Positions 51,549 to 64,000 of a stretch of 64,000 nucleotides of DNA are shown piece by piece. The stretch lies in contig NC_043010.1 of the NCBI RefSeq assembly GCF_006345805.1, positions 31,558,001 to 31,622,000 on the forward strand, given 5' to 3'. Both the position numbers and the translations under genes were made by a program. Origin of the DNA: Octopus sinensis (taxonomy: Eukaryota). The notes below the pieces were generated by a model. The model was not told where the DNA came from and did not search any database. It saw only the letters and a program-made list of their open reading frames with translations. The first letter of the stretch is position 1, and each line of letters starts with the position of its first letter.

Positions 51549-51591
51549 TCCACATTGATAAAGGTCAAATACCCCGAAACTAGTTTATGGA
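51549..51591 (+). ncRNA. Degenerate minimal hammerhead-like motif
   Basis: TCCACA-TTGATAA-aGGT-caaat-ACCcc-GAA-ACTAGT (palindrome)-T-TATGGA; helix I 5 of 6 pairs; core has two substitutions. Confidence 0.4.
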
Positions 51592-51673
51592 TGTAGAACT
51601 AGTAAGGGGAAGCTGCTGACCTCCCCTGTTCGAAAGTTGTAATGGACACAGGTTTGTGTGTCTCACACACACA

Positions 51674-51735
<62 letters not shown>

Positions 51736-51978
51736 TTAATACAATCCCTATTTTTTAGAAAATGCTGTATTTGAACACTTTATATTTTATTTTTGTAAAA
51801 TCTTATAATCCAACATTAATGACTGATGATACTTTTAATATATTTCAATATATAAATATAAAAGTTTAAATCTACACGTATTGATATCTATTTTATCCAT
51901 GAAACTTATAAACATATTGCTACAGTGAAACACAGACTATTTTATATTTTAAAAATAAAAATGACATGATTAACCATA

Positions 51979-52650
51979 TACTGGGTTGAACAAAATAATG
52001 GAAACACCTAGCATCATTGCATCATAATTTTTAAATATCTATAAAACCGACAAAAGCTTATTTATTTTTTGTCTTTTAATTTATTATTAGTGTTGCTTAA
52101 TATGTTTTGCTAAAATTGTTGTTTCTTTTCAGATATCATCTGAAAAAGGTAATTAAAATTCAGGAAAATGACAGTTCTATCGAACTTTCAGATAAGAAGT
52201 CAAATTGTTGGTGCTCGTATGGCAGGCGCTAGCGTAACCAAAACAGCCGAAATGTTTGGTGTATCAAGAAATACTGTTTCGAAAATAATGATAGCCTTTG
52301 AGAAAGAGGGAAAAACCTCCTCCTTGAAATAAAACTCCGGAAGAAAACCGAACCTTTCAGATAAGGACTGTCGGGCTCTTACGCGAATTGATAGAAAGGA
52401 TCACAAAAGTACAGCTCCCAAAATTGCTGCAGAGCTGAATTCACCTCGAGAACCCAGTTTCCACAAAAACTGTTCGCCGGGAGCTGCACAAAGCTGGATT
52501 TCACGGGAGGGCTGCAATCAGAAAACCACTACTTTCAAAAACAAACGTTGCAAAGCGTTTAGAGTGGAGTAAAAACCTACAGAATTGGTCCCTAGAACAG
52601 AGGAAGAATGTTATTTTCTCGGACGTGTCATCCTTTACCTTATTTTTGAA
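51979..52650 (+). mobile_element. Tc1-like transposon, 5' half
   Basis: ATG at 52168; GQ-like IVGARMAGASVTKTAEMFGVSRNTVS, GRKP, TVRRELHKAG, KPLLSKTNVAKRLEW, VIFSD. Confidence 0.9.
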
Positions 52651-53320
52651 CACTTATTTTTCCTCACATGCTTTATATCACATGATTCTGAGTCATATAT
52701 CTTGGTTAAAGAACAGAGCTCACAGATGAACAGATGCGAGTCTCTGATCTCTGGGTAACCAGTTCTCTGCTTTATTCATCTGGTCATCAACAGTACTCAA
52801 ACTTCTAAAGAGTTTCATGCCAGTTTATTTGACGATGTTGTGATCAGAAGTAATTATATTGACTTCTATAGGAGCTCGAGAAACAAATTACCACAGTGTC
52901 TAATATGGTCATGGTAAGGTGTACTCTTCATTAATCTTACAAGCCTTTGTCTTAGGCGCGCACAATTGACTTTTGTGCTACTTTTTCTTTTCGCTTTCCA
53001 AAACAATTTTTTCACTGCAATCCAGCGTCTATTTGCTTTCTATCAACGCATTACTATCAGGTAGTACTACGAGAAAACTTCTCTCGACGTCTTGGTCATT
53101 GGTTCCTAATACTGAGAAAGAGTCAAGTTCTACCCTAGAGTATAACTATTAGTGCTCGGGGAACTGTCTGCTGCTGTTATTGCCTCTATTATTGCTCTTA
53201 GCTTCCTCTCCTCTGTTTTTCCAGCTCCTCTGGACAGAAAGCGCTCAAGTGGCTCATACTCCTATACATTGTAATACAAGTCTAACTGCTTTTCTCTTTT
53301 GTTCCCAGAATGGCATACAG
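52650..53320 (-). pseudogene. Possible LINE APE-region fossil
   Basis: Only the IITSDHNIV (SDH) motif near 52840-52865 is recognisable. Confidence 0.3.
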
Positions 53321-53329
53321 TATCAGAAT

Positions 53330-53582
<253 letters not shown>

Positions 53583-53595
53583 AATGATGATGATG

Positions 53596-53641
<46 letters not shown>

Positions 53642-53688
53642 TAATAATAATAATAATAATAATAATGATGATGATGATGATGATGATG

Positions 53689-53737
<49 letters not shown>

Positions 53738-53869
53738 TAAGGATAAACAGCAGAAGCTACAAGCTGGAGCCTTTTGACAAAAAATTAAAAAGACAATATA
53801 TTTCTTAGAAATTTGATTTTAAGTGACGAAAGTACCGTTGATTAAATGAAATACTTTTTAACAACAGCG

Positions 53870-54185
53870 AAGGTGCGTGACTTCGAAGTAGGTTATCGGT
53901 ATTCGACCCACGATCGTAAGGTCATGAGTCCGATTCCTGGTGGTGCATTGTGTTCTAGAGCAAGACGCTTTGTTTCAAATTGCTCCAGACCACTCAGCTG
54001 GCAAAAATGTCTGTTATTCAAAGGGTAGTCTTGTCATGTTCTATGTCACACTGAATCTCCCTAAGAACTACGTTAAGGGTACGCGTGTTTGTGGAGTCCC
54101 CAGCCACTTGTATGTTAATTTCACAAGCAGGCTATTCGGATCAACTGAAACATTCGTCGTCGTAAGCGACGGAATGCCAGTCTTT
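53870..54185 (+). mobile_element. SINE S3
   Basis: Reverse complement aligns to 19140-19466. Confidence 0.75.
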
Positions 54186-55164
54186 TTTCAATTTGACAAT
54201 AAAAGCATATATTTAGTTTTATTTATTTTTAAATGCTACAGCTATACGCGACAAAATTGTACATGCATTCGCTGTCAATTAACAAATAGCTGCTTTGTTC
54301 ACCTGTTCTGTTTATCGTCGTTTTATGTCCTTCATCTTCTAAGTGATAAAGACGAATCATGTTTTACCAGATCATACGTATCATTTCAGCACTTGCTACT
54401 AACGTCTCTATATCAGAAGAAAAACGTGCAATTATACAAATACATTTGCAGTAATAAAAAAAACAACTCATTACCCCTGGCTGGAATTGAGAAATGACTC
54501 ACTCTCCCTTAATACCTAATCCACTCCTAAAACCTTTCGTCATATTCTCATAGATAACGGTTTCAACCCCTTTTGGCCCGTTTCAGCTCACATGGTCCTA
54601 GTTTCAACTCCCACTGGTCCCAGTTTCACCTCTGAAAATTATATTAAACCTACCTATAAGCAGCTTTGTTTGGGCGTGTGATTTGTTATACATGTAAGCA
54701 ATGCGTGGGGGAAGAAGAAACAAAAAAATGAAAATAAAATAAAATGAAGGAAATTAGAAGTAAAAATGAAAGGGCAAAGGCAGGAAACAAGTGAAAAGAA
54801 GAAAAAGTGGATGACTAATAATATTAGTGAACGAACTTTATTTCCTTAGTAACACACATAAATTGAGCAGTTTATTGTTCTGATTATTAAATACACTTTC
54901 GCTTACGTAAATGTCTATTTAAAATGTAGATGGCATCTTAAAATACTATTTATTCCCAGGTTAACAAAAATTGAGTAGTTATACATCTATGCCTATTTGT
55001 GACTTTATAATCATTGTTATACATAAAGTATCTCAAGAACTATATTATCCAATAGCTCATATTTATCGGTTCATTTAAAGGAGGAAAGACCCCTGGTCTC
55101 TGTTTTAAGTACAAGGCCAGCAGAATTAAAAAAAGTTATTATTATTAGTATTATTATTATTACT

Positions 55165-55797
55165 ATAGATAATTCATTGGTTGAACGATATTTCGACAGC
55201 AAGCCTGTCTTGTCGAGTTCAAAATAAAAAAATGATAAAAATTCAAAATTATAGAAACTCAAGTCTAAAATATGAACGAGAGCAACCAGTATCTACACTT
55301 TGATGGAATGACATCATCAGTCTTTAAGTTTCAATTATATAACTGGCGAAAAGAAAAATACAGAAAAAGGAAAGAAAAAGAAGAAAAATATTTAATCAAA
55401 CAGTTTTTGTAAATTTTATGTGTAAATTTGATGAAATTCTCATGTCATTTATTCCCCTATGGCGTGATGTTAATAACCCGCAAACATATTTCTCCCCATG
55501 CATTTTGAGTATTGAACGTGTAGCAGATTAAATATGCTTCTTCTTTTTGATTAAATATTCTTCTTTGCCTTTTCTTTTTTCTTTCCTTTCTTTTCTCTCT
55601 TTTTTTCTGTCTTTTTCTTTTCGCCAGTTTTAATATAGAAACTTAAAGACTGATGATGTCATTCAATGAACATATTGTTCTCTCGTTCATATTTTAGATT
55701 TGAATTTCTATAATTTTGAATTTTTATCAGTTTTTATTTTGAACTCGACAAAGATAGGCTTGCTGTCGAAATATCGTTCAAACAATAAAATATCTGT
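55165..55797. repeat. About 630-bp foldback element
   Basis: Arms of about 230-250 bp are diverged reverse complements; mirrored ORFs MSFYNFEFLS (-) and MNFYNFEFLS (+) in the ORF track. Confidence 0.85.
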
Positions 55798-55865
55798 TGC
55801 AATCGCATCGTGCTCTTCGTCTTGTCTGCTTACATTTGTGAAGAGTTACGTCAATCCTTTTAAAA

Positions 55866-55951
<86 letters not shown>

Positions 55952-55953
<2 letters not shown>

Positions 55954-56759
55954 TATTGTCTTTGCACAGCTTCTAGCGTTGAAGATGTACTACGGTGCCA
56001 ACTGTTCACTACCAGTGAACTAAGGTAACACCCCTTATTTTTCGAACACCATCCGGAGTATTCGAGCGGTTCCGAGTAGTGCTGTTTTCTGCAAATGATC
56101 CACTCTTATTGCAGCCCCTATTTGTTCCATGTACTTCTCAAGATTTTTACTCACTGTTCAAAGGGCTCCGACAATTATTGGAACTACAAACACCTTTTTC
56201 ATCTATCACAACTGCTTAACCTCCCAAGCTAACCTGTCATATCTATAGATTTTTCTTTCTTCCTTATCGCATAACTTGTTGTCAGCTGGGAATGCTATAT
56301 TTATGATCCAGCATTGTTTGCTTTCTTTTTCAATTAACACTATGTCTGGTTTCCTATTCTCTATCTCATGGTTGCACTGAATCATAAAATCCCATAGCAT
56401 CTTTGCATTATCAGTTTCGATGATGCCTTCGGGTTTATGTTCGTACCAAGTTTTGCTATGTCAAGTCCGTACTTGTTGCAAGGTGTCCAATAGACAATCC
56501 TTGCTATATTATCCTGACGTCTCTTATATTATTTCTGGGCTAGTGGCGTACATTGACTGGTAATATGCCATACGGTTTCACCATTTTGTCCACAAATTCT
56601 GCACTTACCTCTTTCTGATGTGCTGTCTGTTCTGTATTTGATGTAACTGGTTCTTAATACTTGCACTTGGGCAGCACAGATTAGAACCTCCGTTTCCGGG
56701 TTTTAAACAATTTTAGTCATCCATAGCCATCTCGCTGTCTCTCTTATCTTCAACATCCC

Positions 56760-56760
<1 letters not shown>
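55952..56760 (-). mobile_element. R4/Dong-like 3' fragment between (TAA)n arrays
   Basis: CRICGQNGETVWHITSQC, LWDFMIQCNHEIENRKPDIVLIEK; (ATT)n at 55866-55951 and 56761-56812. Confidence 0.9.
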
Positions 56761-56812
<52 letters not shown>

Positions 56813-56813
<1 letters not shown>

Positions 56814-58025
56814 GTTTAACTTTTGCTTTGTATTTGTACAAGATGACTGCAAGTCTCCCCCAGAGATCGCAAAAGACAATAAGTTAGAAGTTCAAGTTGG
56901 TGTTATGACTAGTGCCATATATTTGGTCTTGCGCAAAGTATTGTTTTAGAGAATGTTTAAGAAAACAAGAAAATTATAAGTTTCTTTTAAAATTTGAGAT
57001 TACATAATCAGTATTTTACGTAGGAAATGGGCAGTTCCTTTTGGATTTCCTGGTATCTGAGCTAGGTAACAATCGGCCTCTTATGTTCTCCTTTCTAAGT
57101 CACCTATGACAACAGGTATTGTTTTAGTCTTGAGGTTCCACATTTTGCCAATTTCTATATCTAGATTTTTATGCTTGCTCAGTTTTTGGTATCTCATGAA
57201 AGATACATTTATGTCGATTGGGATAGTCATATCGATGAGGAGGTTTGAATTTTGTCTGAAGTTCTTCGATATAATGTCTGGCCTATTCGCATCTATCTTT
57301 CTGTGAGTTTGAATGGTGAAGTTCCAGAGGAGTGAGATGTGGTCATTTTCAAGCACTGGAGGTGGCTTGTGTTCCCACCAGTTTTTATCATGACACAGTC
57401 CAGGTTTTTGCAAATTACCCAGTGAATATACTGAGCTGCTCTATCATGCCTGTTGGGATACTCTGTAGGCGCAAGAAGACTGCATATGGAGACAATATGA
57501 TAGACGGTTTCATTTTGTTGTTGACATACACGACATATTGAGCTACTGCCGTTCTTTAATACGTTGGCCTGGTAGCTCCTTGAAGGTAAGCGTTGATCTT
57601 GAGCTGCTATAATAAACCCTGCTGTCTCTGATTTTAAGCCAGAAGACACTAACCATTGATAGCTAAGGGCTTTGTCAAATTGGCACTATTAGCTCTCTTT
57701 GGGTATTTGCCATTTATCCGTAAGAATATCTAAGGCAGCAGTTTTAGCACGGGTTTTCATACGCTTAGCTTTTACTGTGCTTGTTTCTAGTACGTCTAAT
57801 TCTGGAATTTGTTGTATTTGAAATTCACTTGGATATTCCTTTGCCTGTTTTGTTACTGAGCATGATGCTCTCTTGTTTTCATGCTGTGAGACAAGTATTA
57901 ATATTCAGTCATCAGAGTTTTTCAGGCAGATGTCTAGGCCAGTTGTGGCAATCTTCATTGTAAATTCCAGTTGTAAAAGTCCACGGCCACCCTCTTTTCT
58001 TGGCAGGTGAGGTCGTTCTATATCA
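56813..58025 (-). mobile_element. R4/Dong-like 3' fragment (different subfamily)
   Basis: DIERPHLPRKEGGRGL, GLKSETAGFIIAAQDQ, CRVCQQQNETVYHIVSIC, ANRPDII; 3' UTR ends in (AAT)n. Confidence 0.9.
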
Positions 58026-58330
58026 TGCCATCAAAGTGACACTGGAGTACAAATATACGAAGCCCAATATACTCATCATGACTAAGAGTACATCAGGTAC
58101 CTGTACCACAAACACATGTGCTTGACATAGTCATCTCATTTCAAGATAAACAGAGCATGATCTTGCAATGTGGGTCCCAGTTAGAATTTTATTCAGATTG
58201 AGCAGCTCATCCCCACCTCAAAAGGTCCCTGAATAAGGCTTGTTTAAGGATGAAACACCCATGTTTCCTGAGGTGAATTATTCAAACCCTAAAGAATCTC
58301 TATCAATACATAGCTGTGATGCTCTCCCTA
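58024..58330 (-). mobile_element. Partial copy of the (TAA)n-associated non-autonomous element
   Basis: Aligns to 62817-63140 (catgccatcaaagtgacactgg...ggtgaattattcaaacc). Confidence 0.8.
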
Positions 58331-58557
58331 GGTGTTAATGGGCTTCGATGCGATTTTGGAGTTGAGTTCAGTTTTTAGTATGAGTCTTACTCTTCTGTAA
58401 TACTCCTTTCTTTTTCTTTCATAGTAGCATGTTTTATACCATCTCCTTTCTTCTTCTTCTTCTTCTTCTTCTTCTTCTTCTTCTTCTTCTTCTTCTTCTT
58501 CTTCTTCTTCTTCTTCTTCTTCTTCTTCTTCTTCTTCTTCTTCTTCTTCTTCTTCTT

Positions 58558-58588
<31 letters not shown>

Positions 58589-58599
58589 TTATTATTACA

Positions 58600-59010
58600 G
58601 GCGGGGATCTGGCAGAATCGTTAGCATGCCCTTAACAAAATGTCTAGCGACATTTAATCCGCCTTTATGCTCTGGGTTCAAATTCCGTCGGAGGTTCTCT
58701 TTGTCTCTGATAAAATGTACATGTAAATCATGTACTGTGGTCGATGTAACTGACCTCGTTTTCCCTCAAAAACTACTGGTCCTGTACCGAAATTTGAAAC
58801 AATTATTATGGTGGCGAACTGGTACAGACAACATTCTCAGCGGTATTTTGCCTGCTTTAGGATCTGAGCTCAAATTCTGCCGAGATCGACTTTAACTTTC
58901 ATCCTTTTGGCGTCGTGAAATAGATACTATCTGTGCACTGGGGTCGATGTAATCGACTTAGCTCCTCCCACAAAATGTCTGGCCTTGTGCCTATAATAAT
59001 AAAAAAAAGA
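58600..59010 (+). mobile_element. Two tandem SINE S2 copies after (TTC)n
   Basis: 58600-58810 and 58811-59010 each align to 4327-4525; (TTC)n at 58447-58587. Confidence 0.75.
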
Positions 59011-59099
59011 TTATCATAATGCCCCCGTGTGAAAATTGATCTTACACCTATCATATGTAGTGAATAACAAGAGTGCCTGCATTTTAACCCTGGGCAGTT

Positions 59100-59950
59100 A
59101 AGATGAGGTGCGGAATGACCTTTCAATGACCACATCTGCTCATCGTTGTCGATTAGGAATCTCTGCAGATGTATCAGTACTGAGAAACAAAGGGCTGGAG
59201 CGAGTCTAGGCATCGATAAGAACAAGCCAAGTAGTCTCTCTGAAAAATTTTCAGGTCAAGGTTTATGAATAAATTCCAAAAGTCCCTAGCCTGGCATCGC
59301 TTTAGTGGGCAATGCTTCAGTAGGTATGACTGTATTGGAACCGTCAGGAGTTGAACCTGTCCGAAATTCGCGTAGGGTGTCTCGGTATGTATTCCTTACA
59401 TGTTGTGCATTGCGGATTGTGGATTTTTGTGGAACAGCTATTATCACTTGCGGGACGTATCTGGCTATCGAGAAGATTTGCCCTATTGCCTTTCTTTGGC
59501 AAGAAAGGGCAGGTAAACCTTCTTTGTTTAGTGGTCATAATGAAAGAAAGAGGTTGAAAGATCTGAGGACAGAGCTTTTCATGTCAGGAAAAGTCCTCAT
59601 CAACTTCTTTAAGTATTACTTGAAGGAAGGCCAGGAAAGTAATGATAGAGAGGGAAGTGTTACTCTTCAGAAAATTTTATGAAATGTGGGTGAGTGTGAA
59701 GAAAATAATGTACCAAAGACAGTTTGGCCAAATGCGTAGGAAAAGGGTATTTGGTAACGTGAAGTTTATGTGTGTGGTGTCCTGAATCAGCCTATATGGT
59801 TATTTCCCATTTGGGAATCCGTTTTTGTATCATTATTGCTATGGTTATCTTTTAATGTGACGTGTCTTGCTAACTTACACTACTACACAAAGTAAATCCC
59901 ACAGTATTTCTTGTTTGTTGCGCTGGTATGATGCATGTGTACTGTCCTTA
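59100..59950 (+). mobile_element. Old Tx1-clade 3' fragment
   Basis: LWIFVEQLLSLAGRIWLS and GKVLINFFKYYLK are homologous to 30160-30400; no (TATC)n tail retained. Confidence 0.7.
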
Positions 59951-60266
59951 ATTATTCAGGTATTTGTGAATAAATAATTGATTAAGGCACACTGAGTTGC
60001 GAAGATTAAATTAAAGCTGTGTTCATTTATATTTAGCATGTTTTTATACACTCAAACATTGAAATACCTTCGCTGCAGTAACAGTCTTGGAAGAGAATGT
60101 GTGCGTGAGACCATACCAAGCTTGGCTATGGATGACGTCATCAGGCAGTAGGACACTTGTTTGCGTGTGGTTATGCTTCATCATTTATAGACAATGGTGG
60201 GACAACGGAGTGACAACAGACAAAAAGAAAAATATTATCATTATTATTATTATTATTATTATTATA

Positions 60267-60338
<72 letters not shown>

Positions 60339-60339
<1 letters not shown>

Positions 60340-60500
60340 TATGTTTGACTTTTGCTTTATGTCTGTACAAGTTGGCTCCAAGTTTCACCCAGAGACCTCA
60401 AGAGACAACAGGTTGGACGTTCACGTTGTTGTTATGCCTAGTGTGCCATATATTTGGTTTTTTTTTGGTGTTGTACTAGTGAATGTCTAATACATAAAAA
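60339..60500 (-). mobile_element. Isolated R4/Dong-like 3' UTR between (TAA)n arrays
   Basis: Aligns to 56813-56960; (ATT)n at 60235-60338 and 60501-60527. Confidence 0.7.
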
Positions 60501-60527
60501 ATTATTATTATTATCATTATTATTATT

Positions 60528-60699
60528 GACGCATAGCCTAGTGTTGCACTCACGATCACGAGGTCAGGGTTTCAACTCCTAGACCAGGTGGTGCGTTGTG
60601 GTCTTGAGCAAAGCACTTCATCTCACGTTGCTCTGCGATCACTTTGACACCTGACGCGTGATACACCGTGCACCTGTTCGGACAACGTCGATTTGATGG

Positions 60700-60700
<1 letters not shown>
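60528..60700 (+). mobile_element. Short tRNA-derived SINE (S3-related) followed by (TTA)n
   Basis: Head cacgatcacgaggtcagggtttcaactcc, then gtggtcttgagcaaagcactt. Confidence 0.65.
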
Positions 60701-60771
<71 letters not shown>

Positions 60772-60795
60772 ATTATTATTATCATTATTATTATT

Positions 60796-62720
60796 CAGTA
60801 GTTTTATTTTTATAGCGTGCTTTCACTTCACTACCGAGCACAGCTCTGTGTGCCTTGGGTATGTGCTGTGATTTGTTGTGATGCTCTGATGGTTATTGTA
60901 TGGAAAGTGTTCTGCGTAGGATGTGTGCAGTGCCTAGTAGTGCAATTTTCTGTATGTTATATGTGTTTGTAAGTCCTGGTGTTTTTGTTATGTATTTGTC
61001 TGAATATTTTTTTATCATGCCTAATGCACCTACTATGATAGGAATTGTTTCTGTTTTCAGATTCCACATTCTAGTTACCTCTATTTCCAGGTCTTTGTAT
61101 TTTGAGAGTTTCTCCATTTCTTTTAGAGACACGTTGTCATCAGCCGGTATTGATACATCAATTAGAAAGCATTTTTTTTCTTCATGATCTCTGACAACTA
61201 TATCTGGTCTGTTGGCCTTAATTTCTCTATCTGGTGTGTATCGGCATATCCCAGAGTATGGTTGCTTTCTCGTTTTCTGTGACCTTTTCTGGTGTGTGCC
61301 TATACCATCTTTTTTCTGTTGTTATTCCATAATGTTGGCATAACTTCCAATGTATGTAGGTTCCAACTCTGTCATGTCTGTGAATATATTCCTTCTTAGC
61401 CAAGACTGGGCAGCTAGAGATAATATGATTTATTGTTTCTTGTCCATCTCCACATATTCTGCAGTTACTTGTAATATTCTTTTCATTACATGTTTTTGGT
61501 AATTTCTGGTGGGGAGGCTTTGGTCTTGTGCTGCAATTAAAAATCTCTCTGTTTCTGCTTTGAGTCCTGAGCTTCTCAACCATTGCTGGGATTTTTCTTT
61601 GTCTATTTCTTTTGCGTTTAGTTTAGTCCAGTATTTACCATGAAGGGGCTTTTCTTGCCATCGTTTTATCATGGTTCGTTGCTGTTCTATTTTTAGTTTG
61701 GATTTCATTTGTTTTATAGCTTTTGTTGTTTCTTCATCTTCTTCTTCTTCATGTTTATTAGGTGGTATGATTTCTTGTTTGTATTTGTCAGCTTCCTTAA
61801 ATACTGAGAACAGTTTTTTGTTTTGCTCGTGTTTTGCCGCTATCTGGATCAGTTTTCCTTCCTTCTGAAGTAGATATTTTTGCAGTCCTATGGTGGTTAT
61901 TTTATAGTAGTTTTCCAGCTGTATAGGCCTCTACCACCTTCTATACGTTGTATATATAGTCTTTCTATGTCAGATTTTGGGTGATGCATCCTAGATCCTG
62001 TCATTATTTTTCTTGTTTTCCTATCTATTTTGGTCAGTTCATTTCGTGTCCAGTTAAGGATATTGTAGCTGTAACTTATAACTGGGACAGCTAAAGTGTT
62101 GATACCTATTATCTTGTTTTTAGCATTGAGCTCTGTGTTTAGTATTGATCTAACTCGTCTATAATATTCTTTTTTTATTTTCTCTTTCATTTGTGTGTGT
62201 TGTGTCTTATCTAGTTCATGGATTCCTAAGTATTTGTAAGTTTGGCTTTGGTCTAATTCTTTTATGTCATTGGTTTTATCTAGTGTGATGTTGTTACTCT
62301 TAACTAGTTTTCCTCTTTTCAGGGTTACTTTGGCGCATTTTTCTAATCCAAATTTCATATCTATTTCTTTGGTAAATCCATGAACTGTCTTTAATAGTGT
62401 TTCCAGCTGTTTGTCATTTGCAGCGTATAGTTTTAGGTCATCCATATATAAAAGGTGGCTGATCGTTTTGCCGTAACATTTATATCCGCATCCAGTTCTA
62501 TTTAGCATATCAGATAGAGGTGACAGTGCCAAGCAGAAAAGGAGTGGAGAGAGCGTGTCTCCCTGGAATATTCCTCTTCTAATGGGGATGTCTTTGGTTT
62601 TCATGAGTCCCTCTTTTGTTTGGAGGTGTAGGACTGTTTGCCATTTATTCATAGAGTGCTCTATGAATTTTATGATTGTTGGTGCTACTTTGTTAATGGC
62701 TAGTGTTTCGAGGATCCATG

Positions 62721-62722
<2 letters not shown>
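60796..62722 (-). mobile_element. 5'-truncated R4/Dong-like LINE (RT-CCHC-RLE) between (TAA)n arrays
   Basis: GIFQGDTLSPLLF, HLLYMDDLKLY, YKYLG, CRICGDGQETINHIISSC, ANRPDIVV..CFLID; about three frameshifts; (ATT)n at 60701-60795 and 62723-62793. Confidence 0.95.
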
Positions 62723-62793
<71 letters not shown>

Positions 62794-63271
62794 GAGTGAG
62801 TGAGTGAGAGAGCTGCGCATGCCATCGAAGTGATACTGGCGTGAAATTATACGAAGCCCAATATACCCATCATGACTACCCGTTTGATAAGGGTACATCG
62901 GGCACATGCATTACGACCACATGTGCGCGGCGTGGTAAACTTATATAAAGATAAACAGCGCATAACCTTGCACGCAGGGCTCAGTTAGAATTATTTTTTT
63001 CAGGTTGAGTAGCATATCCCGCTCAAAAAAAAAAAATTCCCTGAATAAAGTTTGTTTAAGGAAGATGAACGAAACATCTATGTTTCTAGAGGTGAATTAT
63101 TCAAACCTCAAAGAATTCTACATGGCTATGATGCTCCCCTACTATCTCTGCTCGTGATCAGAGATGCACATATCGTCAACCACCTAGGGGCATGCTCAAA
63201 TGGTTATGGTCAAACGACTGACAAGCAAATTTGTGGTATTGAGCAGAATATTTGCTACAGCCCATCTTTTA

Positions 63272-63275
<4 letters not shown>
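62794..63275 (-). mobile_element. About 480-bp non-coding element bounded by (TAA)n on both sides
   Basis: 3' end ...gcagctctctcactcactcactc + (AAT)n; 5' end follows (AAT)n at 63276-63350; second copy at 58024-58330; no tRNA head or ORF recognised. Confidence 0.7.
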
Positions 63276-63335
<60 letters not shown>

Positions 63336-63664
63336 CATTATTATTATTATCGAACGTGGTTGGTGTTCTTTAAAGAGTTGCTGATGATTCATACTTTTCC
63401 CTCAATGGTAGTAGTAGAAAACAAGAGATAACGAGAAAGTAGCTCGCAGAACAAATGTCAAATGTATTGTACTGAAATGTCCGCCAAAGCAACGAGAAAC
63501 AAATATTAATTAAACGTCAATGTCATGTGTGACCTAAAATGGCCAAAGGTGCTGCGAAGGTCAAGGCAATCCCCACTGATTTTATGATACTTATACATCT
63601 GGAATAATCTTTTGACAGAACGGTAGGAGTTGAGTTCTAACATCCGAAAGTGAGTCCCAATTTA

Positions 63665-63735
<71 letters not shown>

Positions 63736-63744
63736 ATATATATA

Positions 63745-63887
63745 TAGTAGTAGCTGTGTAGTAAGAAGCTTGCTTTCCAACCACATGGCCCCAGGTTCAG
63801 TCCCACTGCATGGCACCTTCGGCAAGCGTCTTCTGCTATAGCCTCAAGCCGACCTTTGTGAGTGGAAACTGAAAGAAGCCTGTCGTG

Positions 63888-63926
<39 letters not shown>

Positions 63927-64000
63927 TATACATATATATACACATATATATATATATGTGTGTGTGTGTGTATTTGTGTTTTAGTGTTTGTTCCCCCACC
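63745..64000 (+). mobile_element. SINE S1 (truncated by window end)
   Basis: gctgtgtagtaagaagcttgc...ggttcagtcccactgcatggcacc + dinucleotide linker + ttcccccacc. Confidence 0.8.

Noticed and set aside
60110-60140. Small palindrome and TGACGTCA (CRE) as a regulatory site
   Set aside because: A single 8-mer in 64 kb is near chance expectation and no linked gene is visible.

Overview
Repeat-dominated eukaryotic (metazoan) DNA with no confidently identifiable host gene. The tRNA-derived SINEs and extreme microsatellite density suggest a cephalopod (octopus-like) genome; that assignment is an inference. Almost all short ORFs in the supplied track are translations of microsatellites. Recognisable content: (i) an RTE-clade LINE array at 10.9-15.5 kb whose units are separated by (GTAT)n; (ii) a nest of Tx1/L1-clade 3' fragments plus a near full-length element at 21.4-31 kb, most ending in AATAAA + (TATC)n; (iii) R4/Dong-like RLE LINEs and a non-autonomous element at 53-63 kb bounded by (TAA)n; (iv) a Gypsy-type solo LTR with a 4-bp TSD, a Gypsy pol fragment, Helitron, mariner, Tc1, pogo-like MITE and Chapaev-like remnants; (v) about ten minimal type-I hammerhead-ribozyme-like motifs with palindromic helix III, as known from Penelope-like elements and retrozymes, concentrated at 15.7-18.1 kb; (vi) several long foldbacks and hairpins. 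The main candidate for an undescribed system is three unrelated non-LTR lineages, each coupled to and possibly regenerating its own microsatellite, including apparently (TATC)n-coupled Tx1 and (GTAT)n-coupled RTE elements. All alignments were done by eye; nothing was computed or searched.
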